Source: Gemmatimonadales bacterium (lineage in GTDB: Bacteria; Gemmatimonadota; Gemmatimonadetes; Gemmatimonadales; GWC2-71-9). Taken from it: a DNA stretch of 64,000 bases. How positions within the stretch are numbered: the stretch's first letter is position 1; each line of letters starts with the position of its first letter. A program made the position numbers and the translations under genes. Of the stretch, positions 26,921 through 35,586 are shown in pieces. The DNA lies in contig DATLVU010000058.1 in assembly GCA_035577025.1 (NCBI GenBank), positions 129,866 through 193,865 on the forward strand. The letters are read 5' to 3'. The notes beneath the pieces were generated by a model that ran no database searches, was not told the DNA's origin, and saw only the letters and a program-made list of their open reading frames with translations.

Positions 26921-27580
26921 TCACGGAGCTGCCCCATCGACGCCCCGGCCACGCAGTTTGCCCCGTAGCAGGGTGAACAGGGTGTTCAGCCGCCGGTAGA
27001 CGTGGAATGGCGTCGGGAAGCGCAGCAGGGCGGTGATTTCACGGGCGGACAGGTCGTCCTCGAACCGAAGCTTCAGCAGGAGGGAATCTCGAGGATCGAG
27101 CGTCGCCAGCGCAGCAAGAAGACTCTGCATTCGCTCAGCCACCAGGAGAGCGGCATCGGGGCGGGGATTCGTGGTGTCCGGTATCGTGCCCAGATCAACG
27201 TGCTCGGCGAGCAGATCTACGAGCCGCCGCCTCCCGGCCCGACCCCTCATGTCGTCTCCACTGTCTCCCCGAGGTCGGCCATAGCGGTGGCGGTAGTAGT
27301 CGAGGCACAGCCGCTGCGCCACGACGACCAGCCACGTCGTAAACTTGCTGCGCCCATCGGCAGCGTAGGCGCGGAGGCGATGGTAATCGTCGAAGCGAAG
27401 TTGCTCGAGCAGGTAGGCATAGGCGTCCATCGCCGCGTCGTAGTCGCGGGCGACTGCGCGGGCGACGTGCAGGAGGAGCCGGCTGTGCAGGTTGACAAAC
27501 CCGGCCCACGCCGCCTCGCGCGCGGCAGGGTCAGACGCGCCAAGAAGGCCCGACACTTCAGGGGGGAGCGTCTCGGCCAT
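26921..27580 (-). CDS. ECF-type RNA polymerase sigma factor
   Basis: Region 2-like block (FTTWLVVVAQRLCLDYYRHRY) and region 4-like block (LLLKLRFEDDLSAREITALL). It sits at the head of the co-directional cluster. Confidence 0.8.
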   Translation of the reverse strand: MAETLPPEVSGLLGASDPAAREAAWAGFVNLHSRLLLHVARAVARDYDAAMDAYAYLLEQLRFDDYHRLRAYAADGRSKFTTWLVVVAQRLCLDYYRHRYGRPRGDSGDDMRGRAGRRRLVDLLAEHVDLGTIPDTTNPRPDAALLVAERMQSLLAALATLDPRDSLLLKLRFEDDLSAREITALLRFPTPFHVYRRLNTLFTLLRGKLRGRGVDGAAP

Positions 27581-27737
27581 GCGCGGCCTCTCAGTGTCGC
27601 AAACACTACACCCAAAGCCACACTGCGCCAGAGTCTAGTCGATCCAAGCAGGGCCATCGAATCTGAACGGCTAGATGGGGTCGGCAGAGGCTAAGTACTG
27701 CGGCAAACATTCCTGCAAATCGCCAGCGGGTGTCTAC

Positions 27738-28118
27738 TTAGCCGCTCTTATCGGTAGCTACTCCGAAGCAATGGGAGTAGCCGTCGTCATCCGTGACGAA
27801 GAACTCGGTTTGTCCGTAGTCGCGTTTCACTATCGCAGAGACCGGGTAACCGTGCTTCAACAGTCGCTCTCGGAGCGCTTCGAGGTCGGCCGGCGCCCAG
27901 TAGAGTTGTATGCCATGGTAATTCTCCGGCCTGATCGGAGTACCAGCTCGTTGATTGAGCCAGAAATACAGCCGCTCGTTATGTACCATGCATCCGACGA
28001 GTCGACCGTCCTTCCGCATGGCACGATCCATGGACAGCCCAAGCCCGTCCACCCAGAAGCGCAGACTCTTCTCGAGATCGGCGCTGGGGATGACGGGAAT
28101 GCAGGATTCAACGAGCAT
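27738..28118 (-). CDS. VOC/glyoxalase-bleomycin-resistance family protein
   Basis: 126 aa with IPVIPSADLEKSLRFWVDGLGL and YGQTEFFVTDDDGY blocks. Confidence 0.8.
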   Translation of the reverse strand: MLVESCIPVIPSADLEKSLRFWVDGLGLSMDRAMRKDGRLVGCMVHNERLYFWLNQRAGTPIRPENYHGIQLYWAPADLEALRERLLKHGYPVSAIVKRDYGQTEFFVTDDDGYSHCFGVATDKSG

Positions 28119-28160
28119 CTACGCCTCCGTGTCCAGCCACCGTAATCCCGACGTTCGCAT

Positions 28161-28529
28161 CTACTTGCGTTCGCCGATGTGCCAGCAGACCCCTGCCAGG
28201 TCGATCAGATTGACTTCGCGCCCCCACGGAAAGTCGGTCGGGCCGCTGAGCCGCACACCCGGGTACGCCCGATCGAGACTCTTCTGCGAAATGGCGGTCC
28301 ACCACCGATCGAGATCGTCGACGTTGAGCCGCACCATGAAGTTCTGCGCGAAGTGCTCATCGTCGAACCGTTGAAGAATGAACTCGGCGGCGCCGTTCCG
28401 GAATCCAGCATAGCCGTTGTTCTCCCAGACCTCTTCGAAACCCAGGTCCGCGAAGAGACGGCGGCTGGCCTCGTAATCCTTTCCGCTTGGGACGAACGGG
28501 AGCAACGAGCTGGCCTTTAGGTCTCTCAT
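28161..28529 (-). CDS. VOC/glyoxalase-like family protein
   Basis: The true start is Met at 28529 (MRDLKASSLLPFVPSGKDYEASRRLFADLGF). The tail PWGREVNLIDLAGVCWHI is VOC-like. The 289-aa track ORF is an unsupported upstream extension. Confidence 0.75.
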   Translation of the reverse strand: MRDLKASSLLPFVPSGKDYEASRRLFADLGFEEVWENNGYAGFRNGAAEFILQRFDDEHFAQNFMVRLNVDDLDRWWTAISQKSLDRAYPGVRLSGPTDFPWGREVNLIDLAGVCWHIGERK

Positions 28530-28540
28530 CGCGATGCTCG

Positions 28541-28927
28541 CTACGCCCTCGGTCGCACGCGGGCGAGCGCGGCAGCCGAGGCGAAGGCAACCAGAAAGGC
28601 CGGCAACGCCGTGACCACTGGCCATGCGATCAGCGCGAGGGCCGGGACTCGTGCAGTCGCCGCAAGCGCAAAGGCCCCGAGCGCTACGGCCAGCGATACG
28701 TGTGATGCTGTTGTCCGAGGCGCACTGCGCAACCGAGTGTGTTCGTACCATACTTGCGCCGCGAACACGGCGGCGCTGATGACCCAGGCGGCCAGTCGCC
28801 ACGTTACTCGCATTTGATTCGAGCCGGCCCGATGGGCGAGCGCCGCGAACGTGATACCGGCGACTAGGTACACGACACTTGAGCCGAGAGCAGCTGGAAG
28901 CCAGCGCTGAGGAGCTGAGGAGTTCAC
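28541..28927 (-). CDS. Hypothetical membrane protein (4 TM)
   Basis: It has hydrophobic segments and coherent GC3. I recognise no family. Confidence 0.55.
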   Translation of the reverse strand: MNSSAPQRWLPAALGSSVVYLVAGITFAALAHRAGSNQMRVTWRLAAWVISAAVFAAQVWYEHTRLRSAPRTTASHVSLAVALGAFALAATARVPALALIAWPVVTALPAFLVAFASAAALARVRPRA

Positions 28928-28954
28928 GTGTGCCTCCTAACGAATCGCCATTCC

Positions 28955-29413
28955 TTAGACGCTGTCCGAAGGGCCTCGGCGAGCGAGGGCCAACGTGCCA
29001 ACTGCTGCCACAGCGCCGAGTGCGGCGCACACGGATAGGATCAACGCGAACGGCCCGAACATCTCCGGATCCCGCTCCTGAATGGCGACGACGAGGAGAT
29101 AGATAGCAGGGAGCGCAATCGCCCCAAGCGCTCCCCGCAGTGCGAACCGAGGCATCGAGAGTTCAGAAAGGGCATGTCGCCGTTCGGCAAGCGTGAGGAC
29201 CAAGGCGAAAACGGCTCCGCTAACCGCGCCCCAAACCGTCCAGATGGCTGTGGCTGTAGCGATGATCTGGAACCAGGGGAATGCGATTGGGACGTCAGGA
29301 CGCGACCTGGTCTCGGCTTGGTAGACGCCAAAAGCGAGACCGACCAGAAGCCAAACTGCTGCCCAGAGAAGCGCAGTACCCGCGAGGCCCCGAAGTCGTT
29401 GGAGGAGGTTCAT
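28955..29413 (-). CDS. Hypothetical membrane protein (4 TM)
   Basis: It has hydrophobic segments (LLWAAVWLLVGLAFGVY, FQIIATATAIWTVWGAVSGAVFALVL). I recognise no family. Confidence 0.55.
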   Translation of the reverse strand: MNLLQRLRGLAGTALLWAAVWLLVGLAFGVYQAETRSRPDVPIAFPWFQIIATATAIWTVWGAVSGAVFALVLTLAERRHALSELSMPRFALRGALGAIALPAIYLLVVAIQERDPEMFGPFALILSVCAALGAVAAVGTLALARRGPSDSV

Positions 29414-29528
29414 GCTCTCGTCCGTGACGCGTGGCGGTCTAACGAATCGCGCCTAAGCTGCGGGCGACAGGCCGGCGGGCGCAAGGGACCGGCCCACCCT
29501 GTGGACGCGCGCCGGCGAGCAGCGCGGA

Positions 29529-29831
29529 TCAACGAAAGAAGGCCTCGGCACACAGCAGCGCGATGACCCCGACTAACGCAAGAACGAGGAGGTGTATGGC
29601 CCGACGCTGGCGCCTTGCTGAGAGACCCGGCTCGGCAGCGAGCCGCACGGAACGGACAACATTAAAGGCCCGATAGTAGTCTCGGTCGTTGACTACGAAG
29701 ACGTGTATAGGATTGAAGGGCAGGCCGGCCGCGTTCTCGTTCGTCGTGTGCGCTTCGATCCCTTCGGCTTCCAGCGCGATGAGGAGGCTCTCGACGAGAG
29801 ACAGGTTGGTGGTGCTCAGAATCTCGCGCAA
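29529..29831 (-). CDS. Small DUF2007-like protein with C-terminal TM
   Basis: The block LVESLLIALEAEGIEAH...IHVFVVNDRDYYRA resembles the putative signal-transducing DUF2007 fold, followed by the TM segment AIHLLVLALVGVIALLCAEAF. Confidence 0.5.
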   Translation of the reverse strand: MREILSTTNLSLVESLLIALEAEGIEAHTTNENAAGLPFNPIHVFVVNDRDYYRAFNVVRSVRLAAEPGLSARRQRRAIHLLVLALVGVIALLCAEAFFR

Positions 29832-29845
29832 CGCTTTCCCCGCGC

Positions 29846-30856
29846 TCAGGCCACCTGAATCACCTTGATGACGACCTTGCCTCGCGCACGCCCCGTTTCG
29901 AGGTAAGCCAAAGCCTCCTTGGTCGCGTCGAACGAGAAGATCCGATCCACGACCGGCCGGATGACGCCGGATTCAATGAGGGATGTGATCTTGCTCAACT
30001 GCTCGCCGTTCGCTCGCATGAAAACAAACGAGTAGCTCACGCCGTAGTGCTTGGCCTTCTTCCGGATGCCGAAGCTCAAAAGGCGCATGATCTGTTGCAA
30101 GAACCAGTTCGACCCGTTCTCCTTAGCGAACGCTACATCCGGCGGACCAGAGATCGAAATGAGCGTTCCACCGGGCTTCAACACCTCGAGGGACTTTTCG
30201 AGCGTGTCCTTGCCGAGACTGTTCAGGACGACGTCGTAGCCGCTCAGGACCTTCTCGAAATCGTCTTGCTTGTAGTCGACGACGACATCCGCGCCGAGAC
30301 TCTTGACCAGATCGATATTCGCTGTGCTCGTCGTAGTCGCCACCGTTGCGCCGATGTGCTTTGCCAGTTGAATGGCGAATGTGCCTACTCCACCGGAACC
30401 CGCGTGGATCAGGACTTTTTGGCCCTTCTTCAGATTGGCGCGTTCAATCAATACCTGCCAAGCCGTCAGACCCACCAGAGGGATGGACGCTGCCTCTTCC
30501 ATGGTGAGATTCTTGGGCTTCAACGCCACGTCAGCGTCATTCATGGCGATGAATTGCGCGAACGTACCGATCCGGTCCTGACGCGGCCGTGCATAAACCT
30601 CGTCGCCCGGCTTGAACCGTCGCACGTTGGACCCGACACGGACTACGACCCCGGCCCCGTCATTGCCTAGAATCAGCGGCAAGCGGTAGGGCAGAATGAG
30701 TTTGAACTCGCCGTCCCTAATCTTGGAATCCAGCTGGTTTAAACTGGCTGCGTGGACTTGGACCAGTACATCATCGTCTCGGACTTCCGGTTCCGGCATG
30801 TCGGCGAGACGTACTGCGCTCTTGCTCTTGTAACGATCGACGACGAATGCCTTCAT
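29846..30856 (-). CDS. Zn-independent MDR-family NADPH:quinone oxidoreductase-like dehydrogenase
   Basis: MKAFVVDRYK...VLVQVHAASLNQLD...GNDGAGVVV...VLIHAGSGGVGTFAIQLAK. GC is visibly lower than the neighbourhood. Confidence 0.9.
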   Translation of the reverse strand: MKAFVVDRYKSKSAVRLADMPEPEVRDDDVLVQVHAASLNQLDSKIRDGEFKLILPYRLPLILGNDGAGVVVRVGSNVRRFKPGDEVYARPRQDRIGTFAQFIAMNDADVALKPKNLTMEEAASIPLVGLTAWQVLIERANLKKGQKVLIHAGSGGVGTFAIQLAKHIGATVATTTSTANIDLVKSLGADVVVDYKQDDFEKVLSGYDVVLNSLGKDTLEKSLEVLKPGGTLISISGPPDVAFAKENGSNWFLQQIMRLLSFGIRKKAKHYGVSYSFVFMRANGEQLSKITSLIESGVIRPVVDRIFSFDATKEALAYLETGRARGKVVIKVIQVA

Positions 30857-31590
30857 TTAACCAGGGCTTTGACAGTCGGCGGCAATTCGAAAATGGAATC
30901 GGCGAGTGGCTCGTAGCTCACGGACTTATACGCGAACGTTCGACTGTTCTTGCCTGCACGGGTGGTGTTTCTGGTGGCGATCAAGGGGCCACCAAAATTC
31001 CTATACTCCTCAAAAATGGCGAACGTGAGTGTCTTGGACGAGTCGTCGGACTCGAAGCGATAGCCAACGAGCAGTCCGGTCGCGACATCGTAGAACTGGT
31101 TGTTGTCTTTTCCCCAGTTGGTAGTGCCGTGCAACCAATAGCACCGATGACCCTCAAACTCACTGATGCCGGCGAGTTCGAGCTTGTTGAAATAATCAAA
31201 CTGGTGCAGCGCGTACTGGAGATCTGCATCGCGGCGGATCGCGTCGACCGGAGTCCCTGAGTCGAGTTCCGCACCCTTGGGTGTGATGGTCCAGGACACT
31301 TTCCCGTCGAATCCCGCGGTGATCTGAGTGCCGTCGACGCGGGTGAGTTTGAAGAGCGACTTAAACGGTTTCGCGTAGTAGACGAAGGCGGCTTTGCCGG
31401 TCGTTGCGTTGCTTTCCACTTCGCCGCGTACGGTCATGGATTGAACGTTCGCGATGGCCTGCTCGCCGCCGAGGGCTTGTTTGTAGCGGTCGAGAACCTG
31501 GGGAGCCGTTGTGAGCTGCGCTGCCTGGGCCCAGGCGCACGCCGGGAACAGGAAACCGACAACGGCGGGCTTCAGGAGATGCCTCCACAT
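30853..31590 (-). CDS. Hypothetical secreted protein (LolA/lipoprotein-sorting-like fold suspected)
   Basis: The start at MWRHLLKPAVVGFLFPACAWAQA gives a signal peptide. Its stop overlaps the start of the quinone oxidoreductase (QOR) gene by 4 nt. GC is lower than the neighbourhood. Confidence 0.65.
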   Translation of the reverse strand: MWRHLLKPAVVGFLFPACAWAQAAQLTTAPQVLDRYKQALGGEQAIANVQSMTVRGEVESNATTGKAAFVYYAKPFKSLFKLTRVDGTQITAGFDGKVSWTITPKGAELDSGTPVDAIRRDADLQYALHQFDYFNKLELAGISEFEGHRCYWLHGTTNWGKDNNQFYDVATGLLVGYRFESDDSSKTLTFAIFEEYRNFGGPLIATRNTTRAGKNSRTFAYKSVSYEPLADSIFELPPTVKALVK

Positions 31591-31724
31591 AGTGCCTCGT
31601 TCGCGACCGGGGTACTGAAGGTAGGCGTTTCGGCGACGCTCGGGTGAGACCCGATGTCCGGGGTTGGTCCGCGTCCTGCGACCCTTCGATAGTGCAGCGC
31701 ATCCTATCGCACCAGGAGGTGTCT

Positions 31725-32873
31725 GTGTCACAAACCGCCGTCTGGTGCACCGTACTCACGAGCATGCTGTTGGCCGCGGGCCCGGCGATCGCGCAGCAGC
31801 GAGTATCGGCAAGCGCCTTCGCACCCAGGCGCGTCGATCTCCCGGTCCAGGGCGCGACCGTGCCGCTGCGCCTAATCATGCAGGATCGTGCGACTGTGGA
31901 AGTGATGGTGAACGGTCGCGGGCCTTACGTCTTCGCGATCGAGACGGGAGCGCCGATCGTGCTCGTGACTGAGCGACTCGCGACCGGACTCCATCTCCCT
32001 GCGGATAATCCATTGGTGGACTCTCTCCGCATCGGCGACCTCGTCCTGCGCGATCTTCCCGTAGCCAGAGTCCCGGAGTTCCTGCCCGGAGTCGACGGTC
32101 TGCTTGGCCTGACGGCGTACGGCGACCTGCTCCTGACGGTGGACTACCCCGCGCTCAGCGTCCGTTTCGAACGGGGGGCGCTCGCGGAGCCGAACGGTCG
32201 AGACGTGTTGCCGTTGGTCGAGATGGGTCAGCATCTCGGCGTCGATGTGGAAGTCGGCGGTCATCTCCACCATGCCGTTCTCGACACCCAGAGCTCGGCC
32301 GCGATCGACTGCGCGCCAGAAGTGGCCGATTCGTTGCGCTTCGTTTCTGGTCGTGTGCCGACGGGCTCGGCATCCATCGGCGGCCAGCCCCCCGTGCCGG
32401 TGTTTTCGGCACGGCTGGATGGAGACGTGCGGTTGGGTGCCACGACCATTGAGCGGCCTATCGTGGGCATCGTATCGCCGCCGCCGGGGTTTCCGCGTGA
32501 GTTGCTGCTCGGCGCACGCCTCCTTCGGCATTTCGTCATCACGCTGGATCAGCGGAACAAGCGGATCCGCGTGAACACCCCCGACCGCGTGATTCCGCCC
32601 CCGCCGGGCCTTCGCAGCATCGGGCTGGCGCTTGCGCCGGCGCCGCAAGGAGGAGCGGTGGTGGCGGCGGCTCGGACTGATGGCGCTGCGTACGCATCGG
32701 GGCTGCGCGTGGGCGACGAGGTGCTAATGATCGCCGGGCGGCCGGGGTCGGAGTTCCTCCAGCCTTCCGCGCTGCCGACCGTGGTGCAGAGCGCGGACGT
32801 AGTTCGCTTCGAGGTGCGTCGTAACGGCCAGCCGATGGCCTTTGATGTCGTGCCAAGGGTGCTGATTCCTTAG
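31725..32873 (+). CDS. Retropepsin-like (clan AA) aspartic-protease-fold protein with C-terminal PDZ domain
   Basis: AGGAGG lies 5 nt before GTG 31725. A signal peptide is present. There are two retropepsin-like lobes (FAIETGAPIVLV and AVLDTQSSAAI). PDZ-like block GLRVGDEVLMIAGRP. Confidence 0.75.
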   Translation: MSQTAVWCTVLTSMLLAAGPAIAQQRVSASAFAPRRVDLPVQGATVPLRLIMQDRATVEVMVNGRGPYVFAIETGAPIVLVTERLATGLHLPADNPLVDSLRIGDLVLRDLPVARVPEFLPGVDGLLGLTAYGDLLLTVDYPALSVRFERGALAEPNGRDVLPLVEMGQHLGVDVEVGGHLHHAVLDTQSSAAIDCAPEVADSLRFVSGRVPTGSASIGGQPPVPVFSARLDGDVRLGATTIERPIVGIVSPPPGFPRELLLGARLLRHFVITLDQRNKRIRVNTPDRVIPPPPGLRSIGLALAPAPQGGAVVAAARTDGAAYASGLRVGDEVLMIAGRPGSEFLQPSALPTVVQSADVVRFEVRRNGQPMAFDVVPRVLIP

Positions 32874-32881
32874 GGGGAGTT

Positions 32882-33046
32882 CTAAGGAGCCTTGGTCTCG
32901 AAGTTGTTGGCGATCCGTTCGATCGCGCGCACCAGGCGAGTGGCGAGCGTGAGGAGGTAAACCACTGCCGCCAGCCAGATGAGACCGGCCAGAAACCCAA
33001 GCCCGTCATAGCCCCCGAAGCCACCAAGCCCGTGCACCAAGTACAT
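32882..33046 (-). CDS. Small (54 aa) membrane protein, not in the ORF track
   Basis: My own translation is MYLVHGLGGFGGYDGLGFLAGLIWLAAVVYLLTLATRLVRAIERIANNFETKAP. It has one TM segment and G/C-rich third positions. It falls below the track length cut-off. Confidence 0.35.
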   Translation of the reverse strand: MYLVHGLGGFGGYDGLGFLAGLIWLAAVVYLLTLATRLVRAIERIANNFETKAP

Positions 33047-33184
33047 GAACCGCTCCGGCAAAAGTTGTCTTAGAGTCTGAACAACCCTACCGAGCGGCAG
33101 GCATTCTCAGTTTCACCCTCAGGTAGTCCCCCGGGGATGAGGGAAACAACCGCTCGATCTTCTCGGAGTGTGGGTTCGTGTTCC

Positions 33185-33266
33185 GCACCCTGAAGAGGGC
33201 GCGCTCGGCCCGGGTGCGCCCTTACAGGGCGCCCTCTCAAGCCGAGCCCGGGCTGTCAGCCCGGGT
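33185..33266 (+). repeat. Three-hairpin GC-rich intergenic repeat, copy 2
   Basis: gcaccctgaagagggcgc...GCGCCCTTacaGGGCGC...GCCGAGCCCGGGCTgtcaGCCCGGGT. It is collinear with copies 1 and 3 and lies ~120 nt upstream of the SNF2 gene. Confidence 0.7.
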
Positions 33267-33387
33267 ATCCACGGGGCCGTTCGTGCCGTGACTGAGCCCG
33301 GGGAGCCCGAAGGGAGAGGGGGTAAGGGCGCTGAGGAGCAAAACGCAGAGCGGGTAAGGGGGTGAAGACCAGACTATAGAGGAGGTA

Positions 33388-35586
33388 ATGGGGGTGAGGT
33401 CCCCAGAACGCCCTCCCCGGGGCCCCGATTCCCTATATTGCGTGCCCCGATTCCCGGGTCACCGCGTGACGCTACCCAAACCCCTGCCGGACGACTCCTG
33501 GGCCGTCGACGAGCGCTCCCTCAAAGCGTTCGCCGACCAGCTCAAGCGGCCCCCCGCCGCGCGCGACTGGTACGAGCTGCGGCGCGACGCCGAGCGCATC
33601 GCGCTCGTCCCGGGCTTCGACCGCCTCATCACCCTCGACGCCAACGCCATCAAGGAGCTCCCCCACCAGATCGACGTCGCCCAACGGGTGCTGCGCGACA
33701 TGGGTGGCCGCGCCATCCTCGCGGACGAAGTGGGCCTGGGCAAGACGATCGAGGCGAGCATCATCTACAAGGAGCTCGCCATCCGCGGGCTCGCCCGCCG
33801 CGCCCTGATTCTCACCCCCGCCTCGCTCGTGGGCCAATGGCAGAGTGAGCTCGAAGAGAAATTCTTCGAGCGATTCGAGACTCCCGCCGTTCCTCACGAC
33901 TGGCAACGCATCACCAAAGCGATCGTGTCGCACGACCGCGCACGCTCGCCCCGTCACGCCGCCGAGATCCTACGGCAGCGCTGGGACCTGGTGATCGTGG
34001 ACGAGGCGCACAAGGTGAAGAGCCACAAGAGCGCCACCTACCAGTTCATCGAAAAGATCGAGCGCGACTTCATCCTGCTCCTCACCGCCACGCCGCTCCA
34101 AAACGACCTGCGCGAGCTGTACAACCTCGTCACCCTGCTGCGGCCCGGTCAGTTGGGGACCTGGGACGAGTTCAAGAGCGCCCACCTCATCTCCGGCGAC
34201 CAGCGCCAGCCGCGCGATCCCGAAGCGCTCCGCGCGCTCACCCACGAGGTGATGATCCGCACCCGGCGCTCGAGCGTCGTGGACGACCTCGATCTGCCCC
34301 CGCGCCGGCCGCGCCACCCCGAGGTCCGGCTCACCCCCGCCGAGGCGGACCTGTACGAGCGCACCACCGAGTTCTTGCGCCGCCTCTATAAGGAAGGGTT
34401 CGTCGGGACCGGCGACGCGGAGCCCGAGGAGGACGGCGGCTCGCGCAAGCGACGCACCGGCAAGGGCATGGTGCAGCTCGCGCTGATCCACCTGCGCCAG
34501 CGGCTCTGCTCTTCGGCGCGCGCGCTCGGCGAGTCGCTCGAGCACCTCGGCCAAGCCGAGCGCGTCATCCCCGCGTACCGCGCCATCGCACGCCAGCTCG
34601 CCACCCGCGCGCGGAAGATCAAGACGCACGCCAAGCTCAACGTGCTCGCCAAGCTGCTCAAGGAGACACCCGACCGGGCCGTGGTCTTCAGCGATCACCG
34701 CCCCACGGTCGAGCTGATCGCCGAGCGGGTGAAGCGGCTCGGCAGGAAGCCGATCGTCTATTGGGGCGCGCATTCGACCGCCGAGCGCGACGCGCGCATC
34801 CGTGCGTTCCAACAGGACGAGCGGAGCGTCTTGATCGCCACCCGCGCGGGCAGCGAAGGCAGAAACCTGCAGTTCTGCAACGTGCTGGTGAACTACGACC
34901 TGCCGTGGAACCCGATGGTGGTAGAGCAGCGGATCGGGCGGGTGCATCGCATCGGGCAGAAGCGCGCGGTCCATATCGTGAACCTCGCCGCGGCCGGGAC
35001 GATCGAGGCATACATCCTCCAGCTGCTCGACAAGAAGATCAAGCTGTTCGAGCTGGTGGTAGGCGAGCTGGACGTGATCCTCGGCGAGTTCGGCGGCGCG
35101 GAGCAGTTCGAGGGCCGGCTCGCCGAGCAGTGGCTCAAGGCGGAGAGCGAAGCGGACTTCATCCGCCAGGTCGAAGCGATCGGCACGGACATCGAGCAAA
35201 GCAGCACGGCGGGCCGAGAGCAGGAGCAGCTGAACTCACTGATCGCACCGGACGACAACGCCATGCGGCTCGAGCGGCGCTTCGACACGGTCTCGGTTCC
35301 GGGCCGGCTGCGCCTCGGCCTCGGCACGAACCAGCTGGTCAAGGCGCCCGCCTGGGACAGGAAGCGCCAACGGCTCGGTGTGCACGTCACGGAGATCCTC
35401 GAGGCGCTCGAGTCGATCGAGCCGATCGCCGGCGCTACGCCGCTCGCGCCCGCCGGCAGCCACCCGCAATACGGTGAGCTGGTCAAGCTCACCGGCCTGA
35501 CCAGCGCCGGCCGTGCCATCTCACTCGTGGCGCAGGTGACTCGCCTGCCCATGACGCTCGTCGATATCGCGGTGGACGCGGTATGA
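33388..35586 (+). CDS. SNF2-family (RapA/HepA-like) DEAH-box ATPase
   Basis: GAGGAGG lies upstream (ATG 33388 or GTG 33394). Motifs are LPHQ, DEVGLGKTIEA (I), VIVDEAHKVK (II), LLLTATPLQNDLRELYNL (III), helicase-C block GSEGRNLQ...NYDLPWNP...EQRIGRVHRIGQ. A ~170-aa C-terminal extension is unassigned. Confidence 0.9.
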   Translation: MGVRSPERPPRGPDSLYCVPRFPGHRVTLPKPLPDDSWAVDERSLKAFADQLKRPPAARDWYELRRDAERIALVPGFDRLITLDANAIKELPHQIDVAQRVLRDMGGRAILADEVGLGKTIEASIIYKELAIRGLARRALILTPASLVGQWQSELEEKFFERFETPAVPHDWQRITKAIVSHDRARSPRHAAEILRQRWDLVIVDEAHKVKSHKSATYQFIEKIERDFILLLTATPLQNDLRELYNLVTLLRPGQLGTWDEFKSAHLISGDQRQPRDPEALRALTHEVMIRTRRSSVVDDLDLPPRRPRHPEVRLTPAEADLYERTTEFLRRLYKEGFVGTGDAEPEEDGGSRKRRTGKGMVQLALIHLRQRLCSSARALGESLEHLGQAERVIPAYRAIARQLATRARKIKTHAKLNVLAKLLKETPDRAVVFSDHRPTVELIAERVKRLGRKPIVYWGAHSTAERDARIRAFQQDERSVLIATRAGSEGRNLQFCNVLVNYDLPWNPMVVEQRIGRVHRIGQKRAVHIVNLAAAGTIEAYILQLLDKKIKLFELVVGELDVILGEFGGAEQFEGRLAEQWLKAESEADFIRQVEAIGTDIEQSSTAGREQEQLNSLIAPDDNAMRLERRFDTVSVPGRLRLGLGTNQLVKAPAWDRKRQRLGVHVTEILEALESIEPIAGATPLAPAGSHPQYGELVKLTGLTSAGRAISLVAQVTRLPMTLVDIAVDAV

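Noticed and set aside
28530-29030. Upstream extension of the 289-aa ORF 28161-29030
   Set aside because: The VOC-like domain starts at Met 28529. The extension is Arg/Ser/Cys-rich and overlaps a more convincing membrane-protein ORF (28541-28927) in another frame.
33970-35199. 409-aa minus-strand ORF antisense to the SNF2 gene
   Set aside because: It is antisense to an ORF carrying all the SNF2 motifs, and its Leu/Arg/Ala/Gly-rich composition is low-information.
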